DNA of 64,000 nt. Origin: Candidatus Omnitrophota bacterium. GTDB taxonomy: Bacteria > Hinthialibacterota > Hinthialibacteria > Hinthialibacterales > JAKPRU01. The DNA lies in NCBI GenBank assembly GCA_029570205.1, contig JAKQSI010000090.1:37674-101673 (forward strand), in the 5' to 3' direction. The translations under genes and the position numbers were made by a program. Position 1 is the stretch's first letter, and every line of letters begins with the position of its first letter. The notes under the pieces were generated by a model. The model worked only from the letters and a program-made list of their open reading frames with translations. It made no database searches and was not told where the DNA came from. Shown here piece by piece: positions 28,848 to 38,342 of the stretch.

Positions 28848-29153
28848 CACAGTCGCCCCAACAAGAGAACCGTCGGCGTCCTGCGAGTTCTGCGACTAAA
28901 AAATCTTTGCCGCGATTCTTCGTTCTTTTTCCTGTTGAGAAACCGGGGGTTTGCGCTGTCTACTTTCCCCGCTCCGCCTCAGAGAAGGTTGGGGTGAAGG
29001 GTTTGCCTCTGTCCCCGGCCACTTGCCTTCCCAAAACCGCATGGGTTCCCTCTTTGCAGAACGGTGATATCCTGATGCACCATCCATCAGAAACTCCCAT
29101 TTATCTGTTTGACAAGACGGATAGACGGGAATCGAGCAAAAGAGAGCGCGCGA

Positions 29154-30143
29154 ATGGAACCCATCCCCGGAATCGGCGTGATGGCCGAAGAATATCGGGA
29201 GGATTTTCTCGATTTGAATTGCACCAGCGATGGCGCGTGGAAAGTCGGTATCGAGGGTGTGCAGCGCATTTTGACACCGCTGGATCGGAAGGTGGAGTTT
29301 ATCTGTTTCAAAGACAAGACACTCACCCTGGTCAAATCCGGCATGGGGCATCCGGCGATCTACCCGCTTCCCGAAGGAAGGTTCGAACCGCCTGCAAAAG
29401 CCGTTCTGATGGACCTCGATGGAACCAGCGTGGTCAGCGAGGAGTTCTGGATTTGGATCATTGAACAAAGCACGGCGCGTCTGCTGGGCAATCCCCAATT
29501 CACGCTTGAGGAAGCGGACCTTCCGCATGTCTCCGGGCATTCGGTCTCCGAACACCTTCGCTATTGCATCGACAAATACTGTCCCGGAAAAACCGTTGAG
29601 GAAGGCCGAAAATACTACTTCGATATTACTCATTTTGAACTGAATGAGATTCTGGAAGGCAGGGGAAAGCAGAATGCGTTCAAGCCTGCGCCGGGACTGA
29701 AGGAGTTTCTGCTGGAACTGAAAGGGCATGGAGTGAAAATCGGCCTGGTCACGTCCGGCCTGTACGAAAAAGCCTGGCCGGAAATTGTCTCGGCGTTTCG
29801 AACAATGGGCTTGGGAAATCCGCTGGAGTTTTACGATGCCATAATCAGCGCGGGATTTTCCATCAAAAAAGGCCAGGTCGGAACACTGGGCGAACTGGAA
29901 GCGAAGCCACACCCATGGCTGTATGCGGAAATAGCGCGCGTCGGCTTGGGAATCGAACCTTCCTTGCGTCACCGGACCATCGGCCTGGAAGACTCTTCCG
30001 CCGGAGTGGTTTCGATTCGCCTGGCCGGATTTGGCGCAATCGGAATCGGCGGCGGGAATATCACGCAGAGCGGAGTCCGCCCCCTTTTGTTCGCGGAATG
30101 CGCAAGCCTCGCGGAGGCGTTGCCGACGATCCTGGGCCATTGA
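29154..30143 (+). CDS. HAD-superfamily hydrolase with N-terminal extension
   Basis: VLMDLDGT, LVTS, AKPHP, GLEDS motifs; start position uncertain. Confidence 0.88.
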   Translation: MEPIPGIGVMAEEYREDFLDLNCTSDGAWKVGIEGVQRILTPLDRKVEFICFKDKTLTLVKSGMGHPAIYPLPEGRFEPPAKAVLMDLDGTSVVSEEFWIWIIEQSTARLLGNPQFTLEEADLPHVSGHSVSEHLRYCIDKYCPGKTVEEGRKYYFDITHFELNEILEGRGKQNAFKPAPGLKEFLLELKGHGVKIGLVTSGLYEKAWPEIVSAFRTMGLGNPLEFYDAIISAGFSIKKGQVGTLGELEAKPHPWLYAEIARVGLGIEPSLRHRTIGLEDSSAGVVSIRLAGFGAIGIGGGNITQSGVRPLLFAECASLAEALPTILGH

Positions 30144-30204
30144 ATGACAACTCGGCGGCTTCAGCACGCAAGACGAAGTCGCCAAACGTATAAGAGAACC
30201 GCTC

Positions 30205-33150
30205 ATGAAGATCAAATCTGTATTCATCTCCTGTCTCCTGGCATTCCTTGCGTTCACATCCGCGCCAGATGGTTTTTCAGCCGATTCGGAACTGCAAGTC
30301 AATTACGCGCCCGCGATTCCGATGGGACTGATCGGATCTTTCTACACCGATGCAGCCACGAAACCCTCTTCGATTGAAGATATCAAGAGTTGGGGGAATT
30401 ATCTGTACCTCACCGTTCGTTACGTCAACGGCGATCAGAAATTGGAAATCTGGGACGTAAGAAATCCCGCCGCGCCGTTTCTCAGGCAGTCGTTGAGCTA
30501 CGGCAATATCATGACCACACCTACCGATTACTGGCGTTTCCCCTACGTGAATGTTCTCGACAACTCGATCCTGATCCGCTCGAATTTCAGCGATATTGTT
30601 TACCACCACAACGAATTGGGCGAGCTGGTCGAGGATGGTTGGTACGATTTCGCCCAGACTGTCGCCGAAATAAAGAACAACGAAGAATCGCTCTTTATGA
30701 GTGTCGCCGGGAGTTTCGGCACGTTCTTTGGTCGCCTGTTCGACCCCTACGAGGTTTTTCCCGAAGAGGAATACGGGTATGCCGTTCTCAATTTCGCCAA
30801 TCCTCGCCATCCCTTCGTGGCGAACCTGGTTCCCTCGATTACCGATACGTGGTCCTCGGAAGCGTTCGCCGGACATCTGAACGGCGCTTTGGGTAATATC
30901 CCCGGAAACATTCGCATCGACATGAACCAAGTTACATTTTCCGGGCGAGAAATGCTGGCCAAGAGCCAGTTTGACGTATTCTGGAAACCACGGCTAGACA
31001 AGATCTTTAATACGGAGATTTTGGATCGCACCGTTCGCGATCAAATCGAGACAATTGTGAAGAACCAACCGTACGCGGAGCAATTCGCCGACGCTGTCGA
31101 GCGCTATTTCCAAAGCCTGCAAATCGAGGCGGATCGCACCGTCGAAGGGGCAATCCGTAGCGGATACGGTGAGACGGAGAAGCTGCGGACGATTCTGAAC
31201 GACTACAAGATCGACATGAACGAATCCGTCCGCTTCGCGATCCGCAAAATCGTGATGAAGGAATTATCCCTGACGCTGGAAAAAGAACTCTCCGTATCAT
31301 TGTTCTCTCCCCTGTTGCAGGATTGGACCGGCGGCTTGTTCGCGATTCCGTCGTTTTCCTCCAAGGCCGACATGCTCCAATTCGTTTCGAGTATTTTGAA
31401 CGAAAAACTCGACGCCGGCACGGTGGGCCGTTTCATTCTGGATAACTATATCGCTCCATACGTCGATACGCCGGATTGGATGCACTGGACCATGGAGCAA
31501 TTCGTCGATGAGGTGGTCAATACCGACGCGGGGGAGGCGATCTCCGCCGCGATCGGGGCGGCTAACACGGTCGTCACCGCCGATGGATTTCTGGAGACGG
31601 CGCTTTCCCTGGTTCCGGAAGCGAAGAAGTTCTACCTCCCGGCGGGATTTCCCGAAGACGCGCGAGACGTTTTGGAATACGCCTTTTTCGAACACGGAGC
31701 CAAGCTCAACCGCCAGGGATTGGCGTTCATAGAGATGCTGAAGTTCTATCAGTATTACAACGGCAATGACGATTATCTGAACTACGACAACGAACTGGCG
31801 CAGACCATCCAAGAAGTGCAGGAACAACTGGCGGGAACGCTCATCGACACGATCGAACCGTTCCTGGACGCCGTCTCGTTCGCCGGAGACTTGGCGGCCC
31901 GGATCGAGGAGTTCAGCAAAACACTGCTGATCCGCGAACCGATTTCGCTGGCGATTTCGGAAGCCATTTCGGCTCATCTGGAAGCCTCCGGACTGGATGT
32001 CGATCTCAGCGTGCATCAGGCCTGTTTGAATTATCGATTGTATCTAAGCCTCGACGATGCGTTTGGGATCACGGACAACGATCTTGCCGATGCGGATGAT
32101 TTCGTCCGTACCCTGAAAGAGCAGATCGGCCAGGCGGAAACTCAAATCAAGACATACTGGGATGAAGGCAAGGGCAACGTCGTCTATATCGAAAAAGCCT
32201 TGCGTGAGGCGCTGGCGAACGTGTTGCAGGAAGCTTGGGGTGAGGTCGACTTGGACATGCCGATGGCGGATGCCCTCTATGAGTTTATCGGCCATCATAT
32301 CGACTACCGCTGGACGTTCGGGCAGAACATGGACGATCTCTTCCAGGATTTCGTCTACAGCGCCCTGGCGGATTATCCCGGCTACATCGAGTTTATCGGT
32401 GTGTGGGATCGCGCAGTGGGCGGCGATATCATGGCCCGCTGGCAAGCCACATTCGAGGCGGCCAAATTCGCCGCCGCCGCTCTCGAGTGGACAGGGACCC
32501 TCGCTGCTACTTATGAAGGCGTCGAATTGACACTGGAAGAGAGTTATCGACAAGCTGTAGCGGCCGCCTCAAAAAGCCTCCTGATGGAATTCGCCACGAT
32601 TATGATGAGCGACATGCACGGCGGATTCTCCAAGTGGGCAACCACCACCGAAGCACTTGACTTCGCATTCGATGCCGCCACATTGACCTCGCTGGTGCCG
32701 GTGCGAACGGCAGCGTTCACCTGGGAAAACCGCATTGGACTTCTGCCTCGGGAGGAATGGGATTACATGAATCCACGAAAGATCAGTCTGGTTCTTTTCG
32801 ATCCGACCGATCCGGCGGGCCTCAAATACGAATCTGTCCTGCAGGGCGGCTGGGGCAACGTGGATTACGTACACTCCTGCCGGGGTGTCGTCGTGATCGG
32901 CGGGACTCTCTACGATGGAATCTGGCCCAAACCATCCGCCATGTTCCTGGCGCTGGAGGAGAATCAAGTCGATGTCTACATCATCCACGACTACCGTCTG
33001 GCCGCTGCGGAAGGAATGTTGACCGCCAATCATGGCGCGAATCTCGTGCTCTATGGCCCCGGCGGCGTGTTCCTGCTTCCCAATCCGCGAAACCTGAAAG
33101 CGGGTAATGCACAGCCGGGAACGGCGGTGAAGACCTGGAGACAATACTGA
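30205..33150 (+). CDS. Large secreted hypothetical protein (LVIVD-like blades around a helical core)
   Basis: Signal peptide; YLYL..LEIWDVRNPAAP; ends GTAVKTWRQY. Confidence 0.8.
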   Translation: MKIKSVFISCLLAFLAFTSAPDGFSADSELQVNYAPAIPMGLIGSFYTDAATKPSSIEDIKSWGNYLYLTVRYVNGDQKLEIWDVRNPAAPFLRQSLSYGNIMTTPTDYWRFPYVNVLDNSILIRSNFSDIVYHHNELGELVEDGWYDFAQTVAEIKNNEESLFMSVAGSFGTFFGRLFDPYEVFPEEEYGYAVLNFANPRHPFVANLVPSITDTWSSEAFAGHLNGALGNIPGNIRIDMNQVTFSGREMLAKSQFDVFWKPRLDKIFNTEILDRTVRDQIETIVKNQPYAEQFADAVERYFQSLQIEADRTVEGAIRSGYGETEKLRTILNDYKIDMNESVRFAIRKIVMKELSLTLEKELSVSLFSPLLQDWTGGLFAIPSFSSKADMLQFVSSILNEKLDAGTVGRFILDNYIAPYVDTPDWMHWTMEQFVDEVVNTDAGEAISAAIGAANTVVTADGFLETALSLVPEAKKFYLPAGFPEDARDVLEYAFFEHGAKLNRQGLAFIEMLKFYQYYNGNDDYLNYDNELAQTIQEVQEQLAGTLIDTIEPFLDAVSFAGDLAARIEEFSKTLLIREPISLAISEAISAHLEASGLDVDLSVHQACLNYRLYLSLDDAFGITDNDLADADDFVRTLKEQIGQAETQIKTYWDEGKGNVVYIEKALREALANVLQEAWGEVDLDMPMADALYEFIGHHIDYRWTFGQNMDDLFQDFVYSALADYPGYIEFIGVWDRAVGGDIMARWQATFEAAKFAAAALEWTGTLAATYEGVELTLEESYRQAVAAASKSLLMEFATIMMSDMHGGFSKWATTTEALDFAFDAATLTSLVPVRTAAFTWENRIGLLPREEWDYMNPRKISLVLFDPTDPAGLKYESVLQGGWGNVDYVHSCRGVVVIGGTLYDGIWPKPSAMFLALEENQVDVYIIHDYRLAAAEGMLTANHGANLVLYGPGGVFLLPNPRNLKAGNAQPGTAVKTWRQY

Positions 33151-33220
33151 ACGCTCGTACTATGAAACATGAATCCCACTCTGAGTAGCGATTGGATTTC
33201 CACCTTGGAGGAACAAGACA

Positions 33221-35578
33221 ATGGTGCGGAGAGACTCAATCAAATTCATGCAGCGTGTTGTGTACGGCTGCGCGATTCTTCTGGTGGCGGTGCTTTCGGT
33301 ACAGGCCGATAAATACCCCGTCAAGGTGGGAGTGTTTAAACAGGAAGTAACCGTTGTGTACGGTCTGCAGGATGGCCTTCCCTCTGTCGAGGCGACTGCT
33401 GTAGCGATTGCGCCGGATGGACCAGTGTATGCCGGGACAAAGAAGGGCCTGGCTGTTCTGAAAGAGGGGCGGTGGAACAAGGTGTATAGCGGATCGATTT
33501 TTGCGTCGGTAACGGACGGGGATCGAATACTTGCCGCGGCGGGAAAAGATCTGGTTTCTGTCGGTCCGGACGGTGTCGAGCCACTCTTGCCATTGCCCCC
33601 CGGAGAAGTGTTGCGGATGGCCTCTAAGAACGGGATTGTCTACCTGGCTATGACCAGCGGGTTGTACCGCTTGGAAAACAAGGCTCTCGCTGCGGATGAC
33701 ACGCTGAATGGAATGCTGGGGGAAAACAAACACGTCTATTCGGTAGCAGCGGATGATAAAGGAACACTAGCCGTCGGTGCGGAGTCCGGTCTTTTCAGGA
33801 AAGAAGCGGGACAGAACTGGATGGCCTTGTATCCGTTCGACAAGACCGGTCGCCGCTGGGCGCCGCGAAGTGTCCGGGGCGTGGCGTTTGACTCCAGGGG
33901 ACGGCTGTGGTTCGCAAGTCCGCAGGGGGTCGGATGCTATGACGGAGCATGGACATTATATGAAGGAAAGGATGGACTCCCGTTTAACGATTTCACCACC
34001 TTGTGCGCAGGGGAGGACGGCGTTGTCTGGTTCGGGACCCAAATGGGCGCCATTCGGTTCGATGGGCAAAACTGGGCGTATCGTCAGGGCCGCGCATGGC
34101 TGCCTGATGATAGAGTAGTGAATATGGCGGTCAATGCAAACGGAGACGCCTGGTTTGCAACACCCGGCGGTGTCGGGGTCATCGAACGCCGCCCGATGAC
34201 ACTCGCCGAAAAAGCGGAATTCTACGAAGACGAAATGGAGAAATACATTCGCCGGACAGAATATGGCTATGTTTCCGAGGTCGGACTTGGAAAACCCGGG
34301 GACAAAAGCGAAATTCATTACTCCGACAGTGACAATGACGGCCTCTGGACCGGCATGTACGGCGCGGGCGAGTGCTTCGCCTACGCGGCAACGAAAGATC
34401 CGAAAGCGAAAGACCGTGCGAAACGGGCGTTTGAGGCGCTGCGGTTTCTCAGTATCGCGCCGGTCGGCGGCGAAGTGCAACAGCAACCGGGATATGTGGC
34501 ACGGACCGTCGTTCCCACAACGGAACCGAATCCGAACGCACACTATACACTCGAAGGCCAGCAGCGTACCCGTGCCACCCGCGATTCGCTCTGGAAAGTC
34601 TATACGCCCCGATATCCCCTTACGGCGGACAAAAAGTACTGGTACAAAACCGATGTCAGTTCGGATGAATTGGACGGACATTATTTCTTCTACCCGGCTT
34701 ATTACGACTTGGTAGCCGATACGCCGGAAGAAAAAGAGCGTGTACGTGAGGTGGTCCGCAACATCACAGATCATCTGGTCCGTAACGATTTCTGTATGAT
34801 CGACTTCGATGGGACACCCACGCGCTGGGCGGTCTATTCACCCGCAAAACTCAATCACGACCATAACTGGTACGCCGAGCGGGGACTCAAGTCGCTCAGC
34901 ATTCTCTCCTACCTGGCCGTAGCGGAACATATTACCGGCGATCCGAAATACGGTGAAGCGGCCAACCGGCTCCGTCAGGAACATGCATTCGATACGAATA
35001 TCATGATCCCCAAAGTCCATAACGGAATCGGTTCGGGGAACCAGTCCGATGATGAGATGTTCTTTATGTGTTTCTACAACCTGGTGAAATACACAAAAGA
35101 TGACACATTACGCGAACGGGTTACATTTGCCTTTTATGAGCATTGGGTCCGCGAGTTTCCGGAAGTGAATCCGTTCTTTAATTTCGCCTACGCCGCATCG
35201 GGAATGGGAACGCAATACACCGATCCCTGGGGGACACACGATCTATCCCCGTGGGATGGCTGGCTGACCGATTCCATTGACACGCTGGAGGGATTTCCGC
35301 TGGATCGATGCAACTGGGCACGTCACAACAGCCATCGGCTCGATATCGTTTTTCTCGAACCGCAGGCCGCGTTCGAATCCTTTGCCCGTAACCGTAAAAA
35401 TCGCCGTCGCGGCTATTTAGTGAACGGCAAGGTGTTACCGGTACAGGAACGTCACTTTAATCATTGGAACACAGACCCATGGGAATTGGATTATGGCGGA
35501 AATGGGCAGGGTCTCGCCGGCGGAACAGTCTTCTTGCTCCCGTATTATATGGGCTTGTACCACGGGTTTATCGAGTAG
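33221..35578 (+). CDS. Secreted protein: ligand-binding-type beta-propeller plus probable alpha/alpha-barrel domain
   Basis: Signal peptide; DGLP..D..G.LWF repeats; SDNDGLWTG and SSDELDGH acidic motifs. Confidence 0.75.
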   Translation: MVRRDSIKFMQRVVYGCAILLVAVLSVQADKYPVKVGVFKQEVTVVYGLQDGLPSVEATAVAIAPDGPVYAGTKKGLAVLKEGRWNKVYSGSIFASVTDGDRILAAAGKDLVSVGPDGVEPLLPLPPGEVLRMASKNGIVYLAMTSGLYRLENKALAADDTLNGMLGENKHVYSVAADDKGTLAVGAESGLFRKEAGQNWMALYPFDKTGRRWAPRSVRGVAFDSRGRLWFASPQGVGCYDGAWTLYEGKDGLPFNDFTTLCAGEDGVVWFGTQMGAIRFDGQNWAYRQGRAWLPDDRVVNMAVNANGDAWFATPGGVGVIERRPMTLAEKAEFYEDEMEKYIRRTEYGYVSEVGLGKPGDKSEIHYSDSDNDGLWTGMYGAGECFAYAATKDPKAKDRAKRAFEALRFLSIAPVGGEVQQQPGYVARTVVPTTEPNPNAHYTLEGQQRTRATRDSLWKVYTPRYPLTADKKYWYKTDVSSDELDGHYFFYPAYYDLVADTPEEKERVREVVRNITDHLVRNDFCMIDFDGTPTRWAVYSPAKLNHDHNWYAERGLKSLSILSYLAVAEHITGDPKYGEAANRLRQEHAFDTNIMIPKVHNGIGSGNQSDDEMFFMCFYNLVKYTKDDTLRERVTFAFYEHWVREFPEVNPFFNFAYAASGMGTQYTDPWGTHDLSPWDGWLTDSIDTLEGFPLDRCNWARHNSHRLDIVFLEPQAAFESFARNRKNRRRGYLVNGKVLPVQERHFNHWNTDPWELDYGGNGQGLAGGTVFLLPYYMGLYHGFIE

Positions 35579-35645
35579 TCTGTCGATTGGGAAGGGAAGG
35601 GAAGAGATCGATCCTCTTTTGCAGGAGCGTTCCGCGCCGGTCCGC

Positions 35646-35960
35646 TCACCCGCCGCCGACAGCCAGCATGGACTGACTGTACTTCGAGCGAAGCGCATCC
35701 AACTCCTGCCGGATGTCCTCAATCCTCTTCAGGTATTGCGGGATTTCTTCCTGAACCACTTCCATCATTCCGACATCCCCTTCCCGGATGTTCTTCAGCC
35801 GAACATCGTCCAACACCAGGATCATTGCTTCCAGGAATTCCAGCCGGTCCAGGAGTTTTTTCTCTTTACGGACCCAGGAATCCCCGGCGGTTCGCAGGCG
35901 GTCTCCGTAAAAAACGGTCTGTTTTGAACGCGAGTCGGGTAATTGCACCAATTCTCCCAT
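35646..35960 (-). CDS. Hypothetical helical protein
   Basis: AGGAGG RBS before MGELVQ; 104 aa. Confidence 0.6.
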   Translation of the reverse strand: MGELVQLPDSRSKQTVFYGDRLRTAGDSWVRKEKKLLDRLEFLEAMILVLDDVRLKNIREGDVGMMEVVQEEIPQYLKRIEDIRQELDALRSKYSQSMLAVGGG

Positions 35961-36202
35961 GGCATCCTCCTGAATGAGAACACCCATGGGAATCGCAAAG
36001 ATCATACCTGTCCCAACAGGCACAATAAGTCACCTGTTTTCGAATACTTACGAAAGATCGTTCTCCACAGCATAAGGAATTTTCTGCCCGGATATCGGCA
36101 AAACTCGTTCCTTAACTTGCAAAGGAACGATGCACCTTCTTACAATGGAGCGGTGGAATCTCTGGAGACAGGTCCCGAGAATGATTGGAAAGCAGGAGCC
36201 TG

Positions 36203-38293
36203 ATGACAGATTGGCAAAGAATCGGCGTGTTGATTCGAGCGGTTTTGCGCTATCGAATCCGTCTCGCCATCGCATTGATTTGCAGTCTCTTTGTGTCGAT
36301 TTTCGGCGTCGGTTCCATTGTGATGCTCAAGCCGGTCCTGGATCTCTTGTTTCAGCAGGTGGAAACCGTTCCACCGATGAAATACAGCCTGAAAAATCAA
36401 TCCATCGAGATGATCGTCGGCCTCCCCGGCGTGGACTCATCGGGAATCGCCATTTCACAAGATGGCCCAACCGTCCGCATCTCCGCGCCGAAACTTCCCG
36501 CCGGCGACTGGTTCAGCGAGCGCTACCTGCCGGAAAAACTGGAACTGGAGTCGAAGATACTCGATCAGGCGGAACCGGATGAGAAACCGCTTTCCTGGAT
36601 CGGGATTGGGCAAAGTCGGGACCGATTGGGGGAAATCTTCCGTCCGGTGTATATCCGGCTTCTGCGTTATATGCAGGAGAATCGCCTGGGCGTCCTGGCA
36701 ATGGTGGCGGCCATAGCGCTGTTTCTAACTCTTCTCAAATGCGTGTTCAGTTTCGCGCAGCTGTATTTCAGCAATTGGATTGGTCAGCGGGTCATTCTGG
36801 ATATTCGCGAAAAGCTGTTTCATCACTTGCTGGCCATGGACATGGGTTTTTTTAAGGCCCGAAGAAGCGGGGAGTTGCTCTCCTATCTCACCATCGATGT
36901 CGAACTGATGGGCAGCTATGTGTTCGCAGTGTTCGGGGAGGCGCTGCTGGAGCCACTGATTATCCTCGCGACTCTGGTCACCCTGTTGTGCCTTTATCCG
37001 CTCCTGACCACGGTTTATTTATTGTTGCTGCCCCTGACTGTCTTGATCGTAGCCGTTCTGGGAGCGCGGATTCGGAAAGCGCGTGCTTCCACCCAGGGCG
37101 CGCTCGGCTCCATGAACGCCCTTCTGCAGGAGACCTTTTCGGCGATGCCGATCATCAAGGCGTTCCGGATGCAGGATGAACGGAAACGAAAATTCTCCGC
37201 CGAAAACCGCAAGATATTCCGTTCGGTGATGCGGATCATCAAAACCAGAGGGATCTCGACCTCGCTTACGGAGACCCTCGGCGCGATCGGCGTTCTGGGT
37301 GTTCTTCTGCTGGGTGGGTATTTTGTATTTCAGCGTGGGATGGAGGCCACTTCGTTTCTTGTGTACATCTTCATGCTGGCCAATCTGTACCAACCGATCA
37401 AACGTCTGAACAGATCTTACAACACTATCCAGCAGGGTATGGCCGGGATGGACCGGATTTTCGGAATCCTTGATCTGGAATCACAAATCAGCGACCGTCC
37501 GGACGCACGTGATCTCCCCGAATTCAAGCAGGAAATTGTCTTTGATCACGTATGCTTCTCTTACGACGGCAGGGTCCCGGTTCTCACCGACATCTCTTTC
37601 ACGGTTCCACGAGGAAAAGTTATCGCGCTGGTCGGCCCCAGCGGAGCCGGGAAAAGTACATTGGTGAGCCTTATCCCGCGTTTTCACGATCCGACTTCCG
37701 GCCGGATATCCATTGACGGATATGATCTGCGCAGTCTTACTCTCGACTCCCTGCGAGCCAAGATCGGACTCGTGCCGCAGGAAACGCTGCTGTTCAGCGA
37801 CACGTTGAGAGTAAACATTTCCTGTGGGAACGATACCTATCCCTGGGAGCGAATTGAGGCCGTGGCGAAGGATGCGCAGGTAGATAGATTCGCCCGTGAA
37901 TTGCCGGACGGCTATGACACCGTGATCGGGGAACGCGGCTGCACCCTCTCCGGGGGCCAGGCGCAACGTGTTGCAATTGCCCGTGCCTTGCTGAAAGATC
38001 CGCCCATCCTGATTCTGGATGAGGCAACCTCATCACTGGACTCCGAATCGGAACTTCTCATTCGGCAGGCCCTGGACCGGCTGATGGAGAACCGCACGGT
38101 ATTTGTGATCGCTCACCGCCTCTCCACCATCTTGCACGCCGATATGATCCTCGTCCTGGACAACGGACGAATTGCAGATATTGGTAAGCACTCAGAACTC
38201 CTCCAGCGATGCCCGCTCTATCAACGTCTCTATGAGCTGCAATTTGCCTCCGCCAGAGCTGTAGAGGATGGAGAGAGCGTGACCCGTATGTAG
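36203..38293 (+). CDS. ABC exporter, fused permease/ATPase (MsbA-like)
   Basis: TM domain; GPSGAGKS, LSGGQ, ILDEATS, IAHRLST. Confidence 0.93.
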   Translation: MTDWQRIGVLIRAVLRYRIRLAIALICSLFVSIFGVGSIVMLKPVLDLLFQQVETVPPMKYSLKNQSIEMIVGLPGVDSSGIAISQDGPTVRISAPKLPAGDWFSERYLPEKLELESKILDQAEPDEKPLSWIGIGQSRDRLGEIFRPVYIRLLRYMQENRLGVLAMVAAIALFLTLLKCVFSFAQLYFSNWIGQRVILDIREKLFHHLLAMDMGFFKARRSGELLSYLTIDVELMGSYVFAVFGEALLEPLIILATLVTLLCLYPLLTTVYLLLLPLTVLIVAVLGARIRKARASTQGALGSMNALLQETFSAMPIIKAFRMQDERKRKFSAENRKIFRSVMRIIKTRGISTSLTETLGAIGVLGVLLLGGYFVFQRGMEATSFLVYIFMLANLYQPIKRLNRSYNTIQQGMAGMDRIFGILDLESQISDRPDARDLPEFKQEIVFDHVCFSYDGRVPVLTDISFTVPRGKVIALVGPSGAGKSTLVSLIPRFHDPTSGRISIDGYDLRSLTLDSLRAKIGLVPQETLLFSDTLRVNISCGNDTYPWERIEAVAKDAQVDRFARELPDGYDTVIGERGCTLSGGQAQRVAIARALLKDPPILILDEATSSLDSESELLIRQALDRLMENRTVFVIAHRLSTILHADMILVLDNGRIADIGKHSELLQRCPLYQRLYELQFASARAVEDGESVTRM

Positions 38294-38324
38294 GGGCGAC
38301 GCATGGTCGCCCCTGCATACGGGT
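38282..38324. repeat. GTAG-type REP hairpin (family C) overlapping the stop codon; probably also a terminator
   Basis: ACCCGTATGTAGGGGCGAC-5nt-GTCGCCCCTGCATACGGGT; relatives at 42974-42999, 49383-49404, 49423-49449, 54013-54048. Confidence 0.75.
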
Positions 38325-38342
38325 GGCCAAATGGATTCCGTC

